A DNA stretch of 41,409 nucleotides, taken from a bacterium. GTDB taxonomy: Bacteria > Hinthialibacterota > Hinthialibacteria > Hinthialibacterales > Hinthialibacteraceae. Every line of letters starts with the position of its first letter. Position 1 is the stretch's first letter. The stretch spans positions 1 to 41,409 of the forward strand of contig CAXXSM010000117.1 of the NCBI GenBank assembly GCA_963663405.2. The letters run 5' to 3'. Of the stretch, positions 37,001 to 41,409 are shown in pieces. Both the position numbers and the translations under genes were made by a program. The notes under the pieces are model-generated. The model searched no databases. It was not told where the DNA came from and was given only the letters and a program-made list of their open reading frames with translations.

Positions 37001-38698
37001 CTAAAATGTAGCCTTTTCGAGTTGTTTGAGTCCATAGATATTGGGGAGCAGTATGACGAGGGTTTGAATAATCAAGAAAATCGTTGAATAAACGATCATC
37101 TCCGGACGCAGCGCCAATTGACCCGCAAAGCTGGCGCCGGGGATATGATCAAGGGCGAAACGGGCAAGAAAAGCGATACTTATCGCGAAATAAAAAAGCG
37201 TAAAGATCATTGTTACCAACGTGCCTGTATCCGACGTGACGTCGGCGATGCTTGTGGCCTCAAATTTATGGAACGCCGCGCCCAATCCCATACACCAACT
37301 TGTAAATCCAAACGAAAAAAGAAAAAGAAAGAACAGACTAATTAGATTCAATGTTGGATCGACGTCTAAAATATGATTGAGCAGGTATCCCATTCCCAAG
37401 CCGATACAAAGCAAGACTCCCGCGTGCAAATAGTATTTAATGAAATAAATCCGGTAAAAACCGATGCCTGAACTAGCGACGACCCAGAAGGAACGGCCTT
37501 CCATGCTGATCGATGGAAACGTATAGCGGAGAGAGAGTGTCGCCTGGATAAATCCAAGCAGCATGACATTGAAAAACGCCAGATTGTTTCGGGCGTTTGA
37601 GGCGGGATCGTCAAACACAAAATTCTTTGTATGAGCCACATAAAACAAAACGAGAGCGAGAATGAGCACTAGCTGACCCCATTGAGAGAAATCCCGCGCA
37701 AAGAGATGAAATTCTTTAAAAATAATGCTTCCTGCATACCGAGGCCGCAGTTTAATCAAAATGAGCCGTTTCCGGCGGTATCGGGCGTTATCCCGTTTGG
37801 GGGGGAAGAAACCGATGCGTTCCTGCGCCCAGAGCCAAGCGTCCGCATACCAGCGGTTTCCAAATTCCATCGACAATTGTAAGAAGAATAACGCAGTCGA
37901 CCAGATCAACGCTAGATAAAGAAACATCCGGCCCCAATCCCCATTACGGCCCGCGTTCATCAGTTCCGCCATCCAATGACTGGGAAGGTAGGGGACCGAG
38001 GAAAGACGCAGGTTCGCCAGAGATTCTCCGATTTTGACGGCTTCTACTTTTCCCAGAAGATCTTGATTGGTGAAAGCCGTGTAAATGACCAGCGCGATGA
38101 ATGATGTAATAAACAGGAATCCACTCAGGACAGACCGCACTGGCCGGCCAATAATCCAGCGCGCCAGCGCCAGCATAATCATGATTCCGAGAGTTCCCGA
38201 AATTATAAGAAATCCAGCCAATCCGAGTAAAACCGTTGGATAAAAGAACCAATACGCTTCCAATTCCCACCCATAGGCGAGAAGGAAAGGCATGCAAAAC
38301 AATCCCAGCACCCATCCCCCAAGAATCAGAGTTTCAAAACATTGAATCCGATAGATCCGGTCGAGTGGGTAGGGAGACACGAATAGATTGGGGAGTTCAT
38401 GCCCCCGAAAGAGAGACGCGTACGCCGTCAGGATATGCCCCCCCGTGAGAAAGATAAACGCCGCTAGAAAACCGAACGAAAGAATACGTTTGACGATCAG
38501 GGGGCCGGTGACACTGATCGAATAGAGCAATCCCAGCCGGTAGGAAACAACACTAAAGCAAATATACCAAAAACAGCCGAGGAGAAGAAAGAAACAGGTG
38601 GATTGGATTAGCGAATCAAGATTGAGTCTTCTCCACCGGCGCGCGACGCGGAGATATTTGATCCGGAGAAGGCTCCAATCCTGGGAGGTCAACATCAT
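37001..38698 (-). CDS. Putative ABC-2 type exporter permease
   Basis: Many TM segments; LFVSP, YLPSHW, KEFHLFARD and FPSISMEGRSFW. Confidence 0.85.
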   Translation of the reverse strand: MMLTSQDWSLLRIKYLRVARRWRRLNLDSLIQSTCFFLLLGCFWYICFSVVSYRLGLLYSISVTGPLIVKRILSFGFLAAFIFLTGGHILTAYASLFRGHELPNLFVSPYPLDRIYRIQCFETLILGGWVLGLFCMPFLLAYGWELEAYWFFYPTVLLGLAGFLIISGTLGIMIMLALARWIIGRPVRSVLSGFLFITSFIALVIYTAFTNQDLLGKVEAVKIGESLANLRLSSVPYLPSHWMAELMNAGRNGDWGRMFLYLALIWSTALFFLQLSMEFGNRWYADAWLWAQERIGFFPPKRDNARYRRKRLILIKLRPRYAGSIIFKEFHLFARDFSQWGQLVLILALVLFYVAHTKNFVFDDPASNARNNLAFFNVMLLGFIQATLSLRYTFPSISMEGRSFWVVASSGIGFYRIYFIKYYLHAGVLLCIGLGMGYLLNHILDVDPTLNLISLFFLFLFSFGFTSWCMGLGAAFHKFEATSIADVTSDTGTLVTMIFTLFYFAISIAFLARFALDHIPGASFAGQLALRPEMIVYSTIFLIIQTLVILLPNIYGLKQLEKATF

Positions 38699-38743
38699 CC
38701 ATTTCCTGCCGAGCGCTGGAAAAATGAATGCGGCGCGGTTTGG

Positions 38744-39478
38744 TTAAAGCGTATCCAGCCGGTCTTCTTCCAGCGAAGCGTCCCAATAAAGAAACCGGGC
38801 GCAGCCTTCACAAAAGACAATGTCCTGTCCGCGTTTCGTGAGTTGGATGAGACGGGGTGTGAGACGAATGTTGCAGACTCCGCAATGCCCGCCATTGGCG
38901 GTGGCGATGGCGATTCCTCCTTTACTCTCAAAGACTCGCACAAAACGCTGGTAGAGATCGGGGGGAACCAGTTCGCCGACTTCATCCGCTTTCACCTTCG
39001 CTTCATTTAACTGAGCCGTGGAGGCTTTTTCTTGTTTGTCCAGTTCATCCAATTCTTGCTGAAATCCGGATTCTTTGTCTTTCAGTTCTTGCTTTTTTTC
39101 GGCGAGGATCTTGCGTTCTTTTTCCACAAGATCCATCAATTCAATCAGTTTTTCTTCGGCCCGGCTGTTTTTCCGGTCCAGCGCCTCGATTTCCGAAAGC
39201 GTCGCCTGATATTCTTTGTTGTTTTTGATCGAAAGAAGCTGAGCTTCTTTTTTAACACGGGTCTCTTGTCCCTGTTGTAACTCCAACTCGAAATTTTTTT
39301 GTTCGATTTCGTGTTTTATAAACCGTTCTTCCGCTGCGTTGGCTTCTTCTTTCAAATTTTGGATATAGGAAAGGATTTGATCGCGCCGTTTCGGAATTTT
39401 TTCGTATTCGAGTTGGGTGTCCCGCTGGACGCTGAGCACGCGCTGAAGTTCAAGCACCTTCGAAAGTCTTGGATCCAT
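38744..39478 (-). CDS. Coiled-coil protein with C4 zinc ribbon (CT398/HP0958, DUF164 family)
   Basis: KNNKEYQA...EI, long coiled coil, CGVC...CEGCARFL. Confidence 0.92.
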   Translation of the reverse strand: MDPRLSKVLELQRVLSVQRDTQLEYEKIPKRRDQILSYIQNLKEEANAAEERFIKHEIEQKNFELELQQGQETRVKKEAQLLSIKNNKEYQATLSEIEALDRKNSRAEEKLIELMDLVEKERKILAEKKQELKDKESGFQQELDELDKQEKASTAQLNEAKVKADEVGELVPPDLYQRFVRVFESKGGIAIATANGGHCGVCNIRLTPRLIQLTKRGQDIVFCEGCARFLYWDASLEEDRLDTL

Positions 39479-39529
39479 TCACTCTTACCTTTTTTATCGC
39501 TGATACAATGAAGTGGGTGAGAATCTGGC

Positions 39530-39706
39530 TCAATCTTCCGGACGCGGATATTTTTTATCCATCATCTCTGTGATCTGCTCAATAAAGCGCTCGATAGTGA
39601 TGGCGTCAGGGGGCCGCATATCCGGACCATTGAATGCGCTAATGTACGAAGAAGTAATCATGGCGACTAATTCCATGCGCCGTTCGTCAGAGACACGTTC
39701 CGCCAT
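39530..39706 (-). CDS. Small 58-aa protein, possibly MucR/Ros N-terminal-like
   Basis: RBS GGAGG before MAERV; MELVAMITSSYISA...IERFIEQI pattern. Confidence 0.65.
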   Translation of the reverse strand: MAERVSDERRMELVAMITSSYISAFNGPDMRPPDAITIERFIEQITEMMDKKYPRPED

Positions 39707-39968
39707 TACGTAATCCTCCAAAATAAAATTTTCATAGATCAAGTTCCAAATAATAAAGGATAGAGAGACCAAGTCAAACACGCAAGGGTCTTCAAGATAA
39801 GATTTAAGAAATGATGGAATTCCTTTCTCGTTCGGATGCGCTGGGCTTTGCGTTTCTTTCATTTTTCATCAATATACAGTGGAATACAAAAATCGAGATC
39901 ATAATGAGATCAAGCCGGAAAGGCCCACTAAGAAAATGCTTCCGGGCAACGCATTGGATTCATTGCCA

Positions 39969-41409
39969 ATGAAAAAACGAATCGTTCTACATGCGCCGTA
40001 TTTATTATTCCTATTTCTCCCTATTGGGTTGTTTCATTGGAAGATCGTGTTCGCGGGAGAATTGATCTGCGGGGGCGATCTAATCAACCAGTTTATTCCT
40101 TGGCGGAAATTCGCCTTGGGCGAACTGAGCGCGGGCCGATTTCCATTATGGAATCCCTATGTGTTCTGTGGCGCTCCTTTTCTCGCGAATATCCAAACCT
40201 CCCTTTTTTATCCCTGGAATCTATTCCATGTTTTTTTCTCAGTGGAACGAGTGTTTTCACTCTCTCTTGTTTTTCATCATCTTCTCGCCGCCGGATCCAT
40301 GTATCTATTTCTCCATCATTTATGGCGTTCAAAGGGAGGGGCGGCGTTTGGCGCTGTTGTATACGCATGGTCAGGCTTTTTGATTACGCATGGACATGAT
40401 GGTCATCTCATTCATGTGCGGGCTTACGCGTTGATCCCCCTGGCGCTCTATTTTCAAACCCGCTGGAGAGAGAACGATTCGTTTGGGCGTCTGTTTGTGT
40501 TCGCGCTGGTTTTGGCGGGGATGTTCTACGCCGGGCATACACAAATTCCACTCTATATTTTTTATCTGCTTCTCGCGCGGGGGTGTTGGTGGTTCCTGCT
40601 GGAATGGCAAGGAACACACAATCTTAAATCCGCGTTACTTCTTCCCGCTGGAACCCTGGCGGGAATCATCCTTTCCCTTCTTCTTTCCGCGGCGGTTCTT
40701 TTTCCCTTGTATGAACTCTCCCAACATACAGCGGGACGCGCGGGAGGCGCGGATTATGAATTCGCGACGCACGACTCACTACCTCCCTCGCACTTGATTA
40801 CGTTTTTCGCTCCTTTTTTCTATGGCGATCCAACCAGCTCGTCTCGTGAAGGCTTGTTCTGGGAAACTCGGACCGGCTATCACGAGATTTGCGGATATGT
40901 GGGACTGGCGCCCCTTTTGTTGCTTTTTTTTCTCTTCTTGAATTCCAACAAACAGGGAGCGCGCTCGCGGTTTGAGCGATTTGAATCGATCTTTTTCTTA
41001 TTCATCACTCTCGCGGCGTTATTTTTTCCTTAGGGCGGTATAACCCTCTCTATCCGCTCCTTTATTATGGGCTTCCCGGGTGGTCTTATTTCCGGGTTCC
41101 CGGACGGTTGACACTTCTTTTTATTCTCGGCGTGTCGGTCTGTTCCGCTCGTGGATTGACCGCTTTATTCGAAACGGATTGGCGAACGATCAAAGAGAAG
41201 AAAGGGATTCAAACCGCGATTGTTTTGACGGGTTTGTTTGTCACATTCGTTTGCATTCTCGCATTATCGAAACCCGCGCTTCTTACCTGGCTTCGAGAAA
41301 ATGAAATCACGCGAACTCTTCGAGAAATGGGATGGGGTCCGGAAAACCGCCTGGCTGTGAGTCAACAGCTGCCGGACTATCTCTTCACGACACGGTACTC
41401 TTGGATGAT
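39969..41409 (+). CDS. YfhO-family GT-C membrane glycosyltransferase-like protein; frameshift at T-run 41022-41027; runs off the window end
   Basis: GRFPLWNPYVFCGAPFLANIQTSLFYP, AGHTQ and YVG; after adding one T it continues SLGRYNPLY..LPGWSYFRVPGR with no stop to the end. Confidence 0.88.

Overview
Bacterial chromosomal window with about 35 protein genes. I found no rRNA, tRNA, CRISPR array, transposase or prophage gene. The gene repertoire (orphan N-methyl-Phe pilin-like gene, FG-GAP protein, Tat-exported sugar isomerases, GH78, HTH-PTS IIA fusion) suggests a PVC-like or Hinthialibacterota/Sumerlaeota-like diderm; this is inference only. Main observations: (1) a selenoprotein missed by the ORF track, where ORFs 12979..13308 and 12127..12951 are one frame joined by a TGA in a WW-U-LY-C redoxin motif, followed by a SECIS-like hairpin and fused to a DsbD N-terminal-type domain; (2) an envelope cluster of parvulin PPIase, VanW, a signal-peptide-bearing AMMECR1 protein and a thioester alpha-2-macroglobulin, without the usual pbpC or yfa partners; (3) a stand-alone promoter-hairpin-terminator unit that looks like an unannotated ~75-nt sRNA; (4) REP-like palindromes and a 26-bp duplicated gene end. 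Several genes carry single-base indels at short homopolymers, so the assembly probably has indel errors. All family calls come from motif recognition by eye; no searches were run.
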